A DNA stretch of 53,740 nucleotides, filler included, from Dimargaris cristalligena (Eukaryota), in the NCBI GenBank assembly GCA_003614675.1. It is 2 parts of 2 records of this genome, joined end to end, with 100 filler letters (N's around TTAATTAATTAA, not from the genome) between each part and the next. Parts side by side here need not be neighbours in the genome. Positions count along the whole stretch, not along the records: positions 1 to 26,826 come from ML002534.1; positions 26,927 to 53,740 come from ML002535.1. One strand, 5' to 3'. Under the pieces are notes generated by a model. It saw only the letters and a list, made by a program, of their open reading frames with translations. It made no database searches and was not told the DNA's origin. Position 1 is the first letter of the stretch; every line of letters starts with the position of its first letter. Below, piece by piece: positions 24,126 through 36,464 of the stretch. The position numbers were made by a program, and so were the translations under genes.

Positions 24126-25349
24126 ATGCTATACCCCAGCGTACTCTCAACCCAACCCATCCAACGTCCTCTTCGCTCCTTCGTAAGGTCCATTGGCCAT
24201 TCTCCGCAACCCTTCTGGTATCGCCCACCGAAGTGCCAGCCGTCCCTTCTTCCTTGCGTGCAAGTGACCTTTATTCCGGCGCTGTCTTTCCGTCGAATTC
24301 CACCCGCATTCCTTAGCTTAAATACCCCCGTTGCTGCCCGTGCCCTGTCCACCGCAAAGTCTAATTCCAACCCCAAGCCCAAGGACACCACCACCACCCA
24401 CTTGAACGTAGACATGGACTCCGACGCTTCCGCCGCCTTACCTTCCATCGCCGCCTGTATCATCGGCGACGAAATCCTCAACGGCAAAATCCAGGACACC
24501 AATGTCCGTTACCTCGCCCGGGCCTGTTTCCAGCTCGGCCTCACGCTCCAGCGGGTTGAAATGGTCGCGGATGACCATGCCGACATTGCCGAGGCCGTGC
24601 GGCGCTTAGCCGCCCGCTACGACCACGTGATCACCACGGGGGGTATCGGTCCCACCCACGATGATATTACCTATGAAGCTCTCGCCCGGGCTTTCGGTGA
24701 TGGAAAATTGGTATACCATCAGCCGACGTTGGACCGCATGGAACGGATTTCACCCTCCCAACAACCAAGTCCGCGGAGCCGTAGTATAAATAGTAGTAGG
24801 GGTACGGCTGATGAGACCTCGGCCGTCGCTGCGGCGGCTGCCCACCACGCGCGCCGGCGCATGGCCCTATTGCCGGAACACGCGCAGGTCGTTTTTCCCT
24901 GTGAACACCTGTGGGTGCCCATTGCCACTGTAGAGAATGTCGCCATTTTCCCGGGTATCCCGGCGTTATTCCAGACCATGCTTGATGCTTGGCTCCCGAC
25001 TCTACTTATCCCTTCATCGCCATCGCCATCGCTACGGCCAACCGAGCCCACTTCGACTTCGACCCCAAACCCACCGCCCCATACTCGGCTTGCCGTCCGG
25101 CCCTTCCAGCGTGTAGCCATCGCCACCCACTGGCCCGAATCCCGGATTGCCGCTCCCCTCACGGAATTGCAGGCCCAAGTGGCGGACCAGAAAATCAAAA
25201 TCGGGAGCTATCCGCTCTGGCAGGACCCCCGCGCCAAAGTGGTCATTACCTTTGTCGGTCGCGATCCCGAACGGCTGACCAGGTGTGCGGAACTTATTAA
25301 GCGACAGGTCGAAGGATTCGATTGGCAAGAAGAAGAAGAGGAAGCGTAG
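24126..25349 (+). CDS. Molybdopterin-binding (MoCF_biosynth/CinA-like) domain protein, Fpy1/FAD-diphosphatase-like, with probable mitochondrial presequence
   Basis: Motifs IIGDEILNGKIQDTN, TTGGIGPTHDDIT, NVAIFPGIP..F..ML and KIGSYP. The N-terminal extension is Arg/Ser/Pro-rich and lacks acidic residues. Confidence 0.85.
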   Translation: MLYPSVLSTQPIQRPLRSFVRSIGHSPQPFWYRPPKCQPSLLPCVQVTFIPALSFRRIPPAFLSLNTPVAARALSTAKSNSNPKPKDTTTTHLNVDMDSDASAALPSIAACIIGDEILNGKIQDTNVRYLARACFQLGLTLQRVEMVADDHADIAEAVRRLAARYDHVITTGGIGPTHDDITYEALARAFGDGKLVYHQPTLDRMERISPSQQPSPRSRSINSSRGTADETSAVAAAAAHHARRRMALLPEHAQVVFPCEHLWVPIATVENVAIFPGIPALFQTMLDAWLPTLLIPSSPSPSLRPTEPTSTSTPNPPPHTRLAVRPFQRVAIATHWPESRIAAPLTELQAQVADQKIKIGSYPLWQDPRAKVVITFVGRDPERLTRCAELIKRQVEGFDWQEEEEEA

Positions 25350-26826
25350 TATATGGTATGGGAATGAAGCCACCTAGTAATCATCATCATAATGAAAATA
25401 TAATAGCGTATTCTGGGGCCTCATCGACCCTTAAAAAATTACATGAATTGGGTCTAGATTATAGGTCATTTACGTTTACAAAGTGAGTTATTTACTCAAC
25501 CGAACTTATGAGGCCATTGTAGGGGAGGGAGGGGGTGGCCATCGTTTACCATTCTCCACCTCCAATGTTCCGTTTAGTTTATCGGGCCTCCCCAGTTATG
25601 GTATAAGACAAGGTCTCCCCCCCTATATCCACAGATACCACCGGTCAATTTCCTGGCATGAGGAACCATTGATCCTAGTATCCAAATGGCCCTTGCGGGC
25701 ATTGGCATACTCCTCCACCCTTGTTATTATGAACTGCCCGTGGGTAGAGTATACTCCGAATATGGTTGAAGGCGTACGGCTTGGCAAATTGGCGCCTTGG
25801 CACACCCCTCCTGCCCTTTGATGTTTGTGGCATGTTCATGTCTGCTCTCGAAAGTAATAGGCCCCGGCTGGTTTGCTGTTCGCTCCGGTCCAGTAGCCCG
25901 CCACTATCACCCCGTATTAAAAAGCTACCACCCGACTCATCTATCAACAGAGACCGTTTTACGCTTAATAGTAGTTTCCCTTCTTCAGTCCATCTTACAC
26001 GTACCACCCGGCATCTTACAAGAAGGGGGTATACGTCGCGCTATATAACCCATCTATAAAAGGTACAAATTATCTATAGCACAGAGGCGGTCGTTGGGCA
26101 ACCGGCTGCTTAATCGAAAAACATACCTTTTCATATCGACCCAGTCCATATCCCCTCTCTCTCCACCTGTTCATCTCGTTAAAGATAAAATGGGGTCTGG
26201 TGACCTTCGGCCCACGACGGCACACCCATGCCGGACAGCGAATAGGCCGCTTAATCAGGAATACTCGAAGAGTTCAATGTGCGACATCATCCTGCCAATG
26301 GTACAAGTACTGTAGGGGTTGGCTATAGGCGTGCAGTGGGAGCATAGCGAGAGAGAAGAGAGGTAATAGATGTGTCCAGATTATTTGATCCAAAAGTATA
26401 ATATCGGCTGGGCAAGTTGGGACTAATCGACTATGGCTGGACTATGTATTTACCTATCTTTCTATTTATTTATTTTTTGGCTGGTAGTGCTATCTAGAAT
26501 TATCAATCAGGCCTTCTTCCTCCTCACCGCCGCTACACCCTAGGCAAACTGCAACCTTAAGTTCGGCCCTTTGGGATATATCGCCCGTACCTTGTTTTAT
26601 TAGCCTTGGAACCTCACTGGAATATTTCCATTTCCGACCCGAAAAAAGGTATACATTTCCTTATTTGGAAATCACAGGCTTGATTAGCACCGACCCTCCC
26701 CCCTCCATCTCTTCCCTTCCATTGCCTTTTCCTTGCATCCCGTCCTTTCCCTGCTACCCATTCCTACAATTATACGCTAAAAGCATTGGTGAATATTATA
26801 CTTGGCCGCTAAAAGCACTGAGATGT

Positions 26827-26926
26827 NNNNNNNNNNNNNNNNNNNNNNNNNNNNNNNNNNNNNNNNNNNNTTAATTAATTAANNNNNNNNNNNNNNNNNN
26901 NNNNNNNNNNNNNNNNNNNNNNNNNN
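26827..26926. other. Assembly gap: 44 N + TTAATTAATTAA + 44 N (artificial linker)
   Basis: Symmetric N padding around a 12-mer that has stop codons in all six frames. Confidence 0.95.
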
Positions 26927-27429
26927 ATATAAAAAACCTAAAGATAGGGGAAAAACTGACCTACTGGCTAAACTATAGTCACAAATAGTTAAAATGAAAC
27001 AAAATATAGAACTTGGAAGGTTGGAAGACACGGCCTTCCCAGACCTCCTTCATGTCGGATATTGATAAAACTGAGAAAAAAGGAATTCATGCTAAGAAGT
27101 TGTATGGTGTGGTTCCAAGAAGGAATCCACCGGAGGCTGATTATTCCCAAGCCCCACTCATAAAGGATCATCAATAGCATAAAAGTAGTAATATGAGGTG
27201 GTCAATCGTCATAGCATTAAAATCACTATTGATTTCGACGACCTATAACTTTGTCAATAATAGATGGAAAAGCAAATGGAAATATGATTTGTAAAGCTGA
27301 ACAAAAAGAGAATCAGCTGGCATAAAGAAATAAAATAAAACTCTTGGTCCTGGAATGTTCCCATGGAAATAACTCGTCAATCATCCAGGGACCTTGAATC
27401 CATCCAAAGTATGACTACTTTTTTGGATT

Positions 27430-29191
27430 ATCAATGTGTACTGGGGCTTACGTGGCCTCTGGCCAGCTGCCCACAGCAGCACAATAAGTGGCCAAAGCTT
27501 TGATATTTTGCACCATCGCCATCTCAAATACAGCCCAGTCATGTGTGCTGGTAAGTCTTGAATAAACCATGATACCGCAGAATGATTTGTTGGCCAAAGG
27601 AATCCAACCCGACAATGGTAAAGGTTTTAATCATTACTTCTAACTTCAATCATTCTGCTAATAACCATTCTTCATTGATCCATTCTATGGGCAGGACCTT
27701 GGGGTGTGAGCATCAGTGATTGCCAGGTTGTTAAAGACCTCTTAAGTAATCACAAATACCTTAAGCCAGTGCAAGTTCATAAGGATATTTTTGAGCCCCT
27801 TGAGCCCACCACTCTTTCTACTAGCGACCCCATCTTCCACCGCAAGTGCAGAGGGATTCTGGCCCCTGTATTTACATGGGTGAGTCTACATTGAATGGAA
27901 GGTGCCATTCAAGACTCCGGTGTCAACTCCCTTATCAAGAAACTGCTCCAAATGTGCCATCAAGAGCAAGCACCTGAAGTCAACCTGTACAAGGAGTTCG
28001 TTGGCGTGACCTTTGTAAGTTTCTAGCGCCTTTCTCAGCTAATTCAAGTTACCATGTACCCCATTGGTTAAGAGTTATCCGGCTGAATTAGGCAGGATTC
28101 AATGACACCTGGATAGAGACAGTTAACTCCGCTTCTTACATCAGCGCCTTTCTCTTATTTTATCCACATTCGCACTTTGTTATACCCAATGGCAGGATGT
28201 CATGAGGTATCTCGTCTTTGGCCAGGCCTTCGGCACCGCTGAGCAAAACGATATGACGGTCGTCAACTGGTTGGGCGATTATTTCATTTACGTCCCCATG
28301 ATCCGTGCCCTCCCGATACTCAAAGGCCGACTCGCCAACTTAGTTCCACCAGTTAGATGGGGCGAAATGGCCAAGAATAGCATGAGTCAGCTGGCCATGG
28401 ATGCCATTTCTCGTCGTCGAGCCTTACTAGCCACCGCCAATTGTGATGGGGATCTCGACATGGTCCCGAATGACATTCTGCAGTTAATGATTGAGGCTAC
28501 TGATCCCAACTCGGGGGAGAAGCTGAGTGACATTGACCTGGCCAGTAAATCATTGATTCAACTGATAGCTGGTTCAGATAGCACTGGGTGTGCCCTAACG
28601 TGGGTTATGTACGGACTGCTAACGCATCCGGAATGTTATCGTCGCTTGGAGAGCGAGGTACTGGGTGCTTTTCAACCAATTCCGTCGCACAACATAAGCC
28701 CCGATCCGGATGTGGATCTCATTAGTCATGATGATGTCAAGAATCGTCTACCTTATCTGGAGGCTGTCATCCAAGAAGCCTTGCGCTTCTATCCACCAGC
28801 GGCTACCGCCGTCCCCCGCACCGTTCCCCCAGAAGGCTTGACGACTGGCTTCTATTTTATTCCCGGTGGATACATGTTGGAGGCCCCCATATATACCATC
28901 AATCACTCCCCGCCCGCTTTTGAGAGAGCTGATGAGTTTACTCCTGAACGCTGGTTGGAAACAGCGGATATGAACACACTAAAGCAGTCTACCTTTACGT
29001 TTCTTTCTGGACCCTGAGGCTGTTTAGGGCGCAAGTTGGCATTAACGGAACTTCGTCTAGCCATAGCCAACCTTATTCGATACTTTCATTGCGAGTTCAG
29101 CAATCCCGCAAATCCCAATGTAGTCCCGTTTGAATATAGCACTTTGAGGCCAAAGAACTGTGAACTGATGGTGAAACTGACAGCCCGCTGA
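27430..29191 (+). pseudogene. Cytochrome P450 pseudogene (exons ~27430-27550, 27695-28014, 28196-29191)
   Basis: Motifs HLKYSPVMCAGP (cf. H.KYGPVVR.GP), AGSDST (I-helix), EALR (ExxR), PERW and FLSGP*GCLG (heme motif). In-frame TGA at 27892-27894 and 29015-29017, and no intact start/anchor exon found. Confidence 0.85.
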
Positions 29192-32100
29192 ATGGAAATA
29201 TCTCCTGAATTGCGGAAATGGGGTTTTACCATAATTTTTTTATTGCCGAATGTACACTCGTGTAGAGTTGTAGAGTGCAGGTAGTAGAAAGTGTAATTAA
29301 TTTCCTGATTCTTTTACCAGTTCCAATTACATTACCAACGTATAAGACTGCTCCTTTAATCACACTCATTCATTTAACCTGGTAAACCCAAATATCCTTC
29401 AAGTACTCTTCAATGTTTCATCAGTTCTTCTGCAACATTATTGTCTTTCATTAAAAGACGGTGACAAATCCAGCTACGCGACTATGCCATCAGCATGGTT
29501 ACTAATGATTTTATCACTATATACTCAATTATTGAGCAATTTTTACTTATGTTTTGTTCCTAACCTCGATTATTACCTGATGGCTTAGATATATTAGTGT
29601 TCGATTCCTACAAAAGGAGCTTAATCACCACTGACGACTTTTCTAAAACCAATTGAGTGACCATAACGTATTTATCACCGTCACCGCTATTCCTTTTTCG
29701 AAAGTATTTAAACCGAGAGTTCCGGTCGAGTTGACTGATGAACAAGTCAGTCATATAGTTCGAATTTCGCATAGCCTTTTCACTTATACCCCAAGTTAGC
29801 CGATTATATAACCTTTGCAAATCCGCCTACATCTATTTTTCGATTTTCTATACGATCGTTTATTCTTGCTAAATTATTACATTCGTTTATAAATAAATTG
29901 GTAAAAAGACACAGTGTCCTATCCCAGCTGTAGTATCCCCAATACCCCATCGCAAGTCCTGGGCCAGTCTGTCACTCCCGAGGTCCCTGCGAGTGACCCG
30001 AACCTCCCGTCGGGTTTCCTGGCTTTTACCACCAATACCGCAATGTCCAGTTCAACCGGTCTACTGGGCCTCAACACGACAATTGTAATGTAGTCAACGT
30101 TCCAAATGTAGTAAACTCGGTATATCTAGCAATCCAAATGTCCCCAACGTGTGATAAATTAATCATGTGGATGGAAAATATTATGGCCGTTGATATCGCT
30201 AATGTATGTTAAGGACAGCATCCATACAAAAAAACCGGCACTAGTTACCGGCTTAGAGGGGGTTGTACGGCCACCATTGAGCCAATTAATCTAGCTGTTG
30301 TAGCTGACAGGCTGTAGGCACGGCCAAGGCTCTCACCATACGTCAGTACAGAAGGAGCGGAGTTCCCGGGCGACCGTCAACCTCAAAGTAGACAGATCCC
30401 AAATTGACTGCTTTCTAGGAATAAAGCAGTCGGTCGGGTAGGGTGATGGAGGGGGGGGGGTACTATATATACCAACGACTGTTAATCATATACCTAGTGT
30501 CCCCCCAGCCTCCGCGTCTCGCCAACTTGGGGATGGCTAACCCACAGGCATTGGTACTGAAGTAGGTATGTGTGTCAGACAACAAGGCTAAACATGTCTG
30601 GAGTGAGCTGGCTCTCTCAATCACCTGTAGGTATGAATGAATGCAATACACAATTCTTTAACAGTTGCGCAAATAATGAATAATGAACTACTCTATGTAT
30701 TATTAGACCACTATCCAACTAGTGATGCTTTACGTGGAGGTTCTTGCTATTGGCTTATAATTTCACTTGGAGGCATTTAACCTCGAGACTTGATGCCTCT
30801 TCTAATGGTAAATATAGCTAATGAACCACCCTTTCCCACTCACCCAGAAGTAGGAGGGAAGGGAAAGAACGGAAGGAGGGGGGATTAGGAGGCATGATTT
30901 GAGACTGTCGAATGGGATTTAATATAATGCCGTGGTCAAGCCATGACCGAATGGGCACAATCACTCCTGGACACCTTTTCCACCTGAACGGCACGCAGAT
31001 AACCCCATAATCTAATTTGGGTAAATTAACTATATGAATTGCGATAATAGTGTCGAATAGATATTCCCTTATCGCACCCTCCTCCTCCCCCCTACTTCGG
31101 ACTCCCAACTCACAACCACATCCACTACTATTCCCGCAACGCATGTACTGTACGACTTGAAATCTCCTGAATATATCCAATGTACGTTGGGCTGGTTGAT
31201 GATGATGCACCAATCTAGCCTTTGGCGGCCCTAAAAGGCCATAATGGGTCCTGTAATTTGACACGGGGGCGTAACTCCCACACAATCACCCGATGATACT
31301 GCCTCTGCCCTGACTCTTCTTGGAGTGGTTAGTGGCCCAGTGAATGGGCTCAGCTATAAGGCGAGTGTTTAGTATTTTGCGCATTGGAATGTTGACATGA
31401 TGAAACAGCGATAATAATTAAGGACACTCGAACAACCAACAGGGCATTCGATACATCGGAATGGTAGTAAATCACTAATGTTGATGTGCTTGGATTCAAT
31501 GGAAGAACAATACATGACGTCAAATGCAGAGAAAAGAACCGCCCTATAACCAATGAAAAAGGACCTTCCCATCAATTATTACGCAGCCATTGAAACTCAT
31601 TCTGACACCAGTTACTTCTCTTGCAGCCAAATGGTAACTACCATTAATACTACTCTCCTCAAGGGCATTCCTCTAATAACCGCAGGGGTGAAGCCAACTT
31701 GGGACACGCTGAATGAATGAGCTTCCTAAATGTGGTTCTCCCCTGTCCGCCCCTGGCTTCCTCCATTGGGACGGGGTGCCGTAGAGAATACACAGGAGAC
31801 CCGCATGCATTTGCGTTTGACCAGGGAGTGTAGTGTTCGGGAGTATAAAGCCATGGGCAAGAAAAGGGGCATTATGGGGGGAGGTGATGGTAAATTATCG
31901 ACCATGGCGAGAACGAGAGCGAGAACGAGGAGAAAGAGAGTAGGTTTTTAATGGGTGGAAAGGGGATGGGCACGAAAATAGAGCAAGTTGAGGAGGGGAA
32001 ACAAGAAATGGGAGGCGACGGTCAAACTAGTACACAACTGCATAAGCCCCCGTGCGCCCGCTTTAACACTTAAAATACGGACAATAATGGGGGCGGCGGG

Positions 32101-34423
32101 TCGACCAGGCAGTATTTCAATAACATGCAGATTTTCTATATATATAAAAGAAAATAGGCGGTATAGAACCCGGTCCTACGTCAGGGAGTTGTTCCAAGGG
32201 GCAATATGGTATATACTTCTATTTAAAGAGCATGGAGGTTAGATAATGATGACTTTACAAGCTGCCTCTATTGTCTATTCCATGTACTGCCACAGAGTCT
32301 AAGTCGGTGGAATCAATGTAATGGCTATAATGGGCACTCTGTTCGGCTAAGTTTTGGGAGGGAAGAGCTGGTGGCTAACAATAGCGAAGGGGCAAGGCCG
32401 GTAGGGGGATTATTGGTTGAGATGTAGAGGAGAATTCCCAATCGTCCTAAAATTATCGGCAAGTAAAAGGACTCTTCGAATTTACGAACGTTGGTGGTCT
32501 GGACCAACCGTTCAAAGGTCTCGACGAACTCTTACCGGCTAACCGATATACATGCAGTATATAGAGGCATTTTTAAAAAAATAGACAATGAACAAGGCAC
32601 ATGAATGAATGCCCAATCTGAACGCTACATTATAAGGACATCAAGCGGAAACGGCATTATCCTAGGTGGCCAAGTCAACTTCGCAATACCCTGTCCATGG
32701 CAGACCCAATTTGAAAAGACAATGGTAAACGGGCAGGGATAGGGGTTTAACGAGCTCCAATCCCTGCTAAGGCTCACTTGAGTTAGCCAACCACTAGTCA
32801 TACTGTGGGCTACTTCACCGTAATGTATGACCTGGTCAGTCTCATTGAGCACTCCGAGTATAATGGCTGTGGTGTGGGAAGGGGGGGGTGATAGGTCCAA
32901 AACGAAGAGACTCACCCCCCATTGATTAACTACGGTTAAAGCACAGATGTAGACAATGATAGTGATGGGGTTAACGAAAATCTGGGTCAAGAGCCGGACC
33001 AAAGACCTTAGGGATCGACACCAGTGTGGCGAATGCGACCTTAAAGTGATTGACTTCCGTGCCTAATGGACGGACAGATTTTACGGGAGATCACGACGAC
33101 ATGGGGGGGTATACTATCCATACAGTAAGCCTAGGGCAAGCGGCGGCCAAAATGTTGACGAGCTCAAATGCAATTGCAGTCGTAAACCATGCTCTCCGGG
33201 TTCCTTCATTTTCCGCACCCCCAACGCGATTACTTCATTTATTTACCAACCGGTGTTTCCATCGGAACCGGTTGATGCGAAGTAGCATATCAAATGCACA
33301 CCCGTTTATCAAATGGAAACCCCCCAAAACGACAACAAGTGCAATTGTGGTCTATTGAGCCATTTAATTTTTTCGAGGTGGGATTGGGGTCCATCATTTC
33401 TACGAGAAAGGTAGGTATTTCCCTCGTGAGCCATTTCAAAATGTCAACCATTATTTACTCTTCCTCTCCCTCCTCATTCACCGTCCCCCTCAACACCCGC
33501 CACGCAATCATTACTAAAAGATAGTTCGGGTATTATTTATTCCTAGCCGCCGGTCGGCTCTTCAACCCTCTCTGTGGACGATAGCCGCCCCTTCTTACGC
33601 CTCACCGCCTCTGCCGCATCCTTCCTAATTCGACATGTAACCCGCACCATTCTCAGAATCTATTAGCACCATCTCCGCCCCCTCTCCATTATATATATAT
33701 CTTTATACAGCCCTTTATCCGAAGCAATAGTGTTATAAAAGCGATGGTTGCTGTAGACCTTTTAGAATTTAAAAATGAAATTCATTGGGTAGAGGGAGAG
33801 GCAGAAACCATGGCCGGTGTACAATAATTCGGCAAGATATTATCTCTCCTTGCCCACCCCCCGTTCTCCCTCTCCCACCTTCCTCCCCCCATTGTATCTC
33901 TTCTACACCAACTAGACCACTCTCCGTGTGCCTATTTTTGGTAGAGAGTGCATTTATAAATGGAAAGAACATGAAGGGGAGGAGGGAGCCGTTAATAGCA
34001 CCGCCCTTACTGATTCCGATAACCCCCTTCCCCATTGCGGAATCCCAATTAACTGGGCCACGAGCCATTAACGAAGCCCTCGCTCTATTCCACCCCTCCT
34101 TCCCTTTTTTATGGCTCTACAGCTTATTCCGGTATTATACTTGCCGGACATTTCTCTCTCGCTCGCTCTTTTGCTCTATTTCTGACAACAGGGGAGGGGA
34201 CGAGTTGAGACAACCGATTGGCCCAACGGATGTTTTTCACCCATCCCATTGGAATCGAATTATTCGGATGCTCCTCCTCTTCCGTTCCCCGCCCTCTCCC
34301 CGTTTGCTGCACACATACACACACACACACACACACCCAGCCAACCATACAATGGGGGGCCCCTGTCTGCTTCTGCTGAGTTGCTGGATGTGCACCAGTA
34401 GTAAAACGGGTCGCTAATGGGCT

Positions 34424-34431
34424 TATAAATA
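34424..34431 (+). promoter_or_regulatory. TATA box upstream of the 34782 gene
   Basis: TATAAATA followed by a pyrimidine-rich leader. Confidence 0.45.
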
Positions 34432-34781
34432 GACACCACTCCCCCTCCCCCAAGTACATATTTTTCAATTGCCGACCCCTTCCACCTCTATTTGAGCCAT
34501 CCTCTCTTCCCCTACCCATTCCCCTAGTTGCTCAGCGCTATTAGCCATCTCCTACATTTCATCTACAAATAATACATATATATTCGCCCTGTGTGCTTCA
34601 ACTCCACCACTACTTTGTACTCTCACTATCTCTCTTTCTCTCTCAGACTCTCTTTTATATTCAATTCACCTAAGTCTTTTAATAATTCACTATCTCCTAC
34701 TCGGGGTTCCCTAGTTGATCCCCACCAATACTACCACCACCGTTCTCTTGTCGCATCGCCATTACAAATCCAACTCTCACA

Positions 34782-36464
34782 ATGTGTAAGTAAAGTACCC
34801 AGTGTTTCACTTTGGATAATCTGCCACTATTTTCCATGCCACACCACTCCACTCGCTCCTTCTTATTGAGCCAGTGGTGACCTCTAGTCCTAATTTGGTT
34901 AGAATAACATGTCCACAGTGATATGACGAACCTCTGCCAATTCCCCGGAGAGGTGGGGGGGGTGGATGTGCACCTGTTTGTATGGGGCTTGTCCAACCCC
35001 CGTGTGGAACTCCATGCTGGCCTATCCGTTAATCATTAGGCTGGTCGCCAGCTTTCCACATTCGGTACCAAACACTGGCATATCCACACCATTCCATTAC
35101 ATCGTGCGTCGAATTGAACCCGACTTGGGCGAGAGGGGTATACTCTCTCATCAGACGGCGTGTCATATAGTTCGGCGCTAGGTTTAAGCGGTTTCCCACT
35201 CCTCCTCCACTCCGCGCGCTACCTTCCCGCCGTTATCGACTCTATCAGTGTTTCGAATAGAACACATCACCACCACCATGGATTGGTTGGAGGAGAAGAT
35301 GTGCAGGAAGTTCGGGAGAACAAAAAAATAGAGCTTGTTGAACGGGGTGAGGGTGAGGGGGGGTAATCCTTCTTCGAATGTAGCATTCGTGCATTGGATA
35401 GGCTGTGCGTTAATGCTTTACATTTACTGGCAGTTGACGGACATTATTCGAGTGTGCAGTGGACGCACCGGATGATGCGAGGGAGGGAGAGGATGAGACG
35501 TCACATTGGAAACCAGAGATTGGGTGCACGTTAGTGTGTATCGACTTGGTTACTTAAGGAAACGTGCAGATGGTTCATCCAGCCAAGACTGAACATTCGC
35601 TTCTCTCTCTGTCTCTCTCTCTCTCTCTCTGTGTGTGCTTTTTTGAACTACAGCGCCCCTGTCCCCTGGGCCACTGCTAACATTCCTATAGTTAAGCACC
35701 GAACCGGAAACTATACTAACCACACACACACACGCCCCATTTGGACTATTTCTGATTACACCTCTTCCAATCCTTGACTCTCTCAATGTCCTACAGTGTC
35801 CGCCAAAGACTCCGCCGTGGCCTACCACATCCGCAAGAAGTCCTTCCTTAACAAGACGCTGGTCATTTCGGACGTCAGCGGCCACATGACGTACGAGAAG
35901 CGCCAGCGGGGCTTCTTCAAAACCAAAAAGGCCCTCTACAACGCCACGACCAACGAAGTCCTCTGGGAAACGTGCACGCAAGACAACACCACGCAGGCCA
36001 TCACCTTCTACGGCCCCAACATTATTCTGAAGCTACGCTCGGGGGCCACGCACTCCCGGTGTCCCCTGAACAGTCTGGTGCGCGCTTCGGCGACCAACAG
36101 TTTCTGCTGGGACTCGGACCACTACAACTGGCTCCCGGCCGGGACTAGCGACCACCATAGTTTTAAATGTCTGCGTGCGGCGACGGGCTGCGAGGTGGCC
36201 GAATTCATCGCGACGGCCCCCCTATCCGGAAGCGGCGGTAATAACAATAGTAGTGGCACGCTGGGCGTCCTGGTCATCCATGGCGGCAAAGAATACGGCC
36301 AGGTATTCTGCGAATTCCTGCTCTTTGCTCTCATTCACCTGTGGGAAGACGCCATCACTAGTCCCCCCAGTCCCGGTGCCGAATCGATATCCATGCCTGC
36401 TAGTTATCAGGCGGCCGTGTCTTCTTCTTCGTCGTACGTTAGCGCCCCCATTACCCGCTGTTAG
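34782..36464 (+). CDS. Hypothetical protein, possible tubby-C/LURP-one-like beta-barrel fold; exon 1 34782-34785 (ATG T), exon 2 35797-36464
   Basis: ATGT|gtaagt donor and ctacag| acceptor join in frame (M-L-S-A-K-D). Exon 2 has strong codon bias, a beta-strand pattern (F.WD...YNW, EVAEF) and a terminal hydrophobic helix (EFLLFALIHLW). Confidence 0.65.

Noticed and set aside
26871..26882. Palindromic TTAATTAATTAA inside the N run
   Set aside because: It is centred exactly in a 100-nt gap and has stops in all six frames, so it is a scaffolding linker rather than biology.
27892..29017. TGA reassignment (alternative genetic code) to rescue the P450
   Set aside because: TGA is the apparent natural terminator of this P450 (29189-29191) and of the ORF at 562-564, and the accompanying missense changes point to mutational decay.
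33785..34417. 210-aa ORF upstream of the tubby-like gene
   Set aside because: TTG start, no codon bias, and it runs through (CA)n and promoter-like low-complexity sequence.
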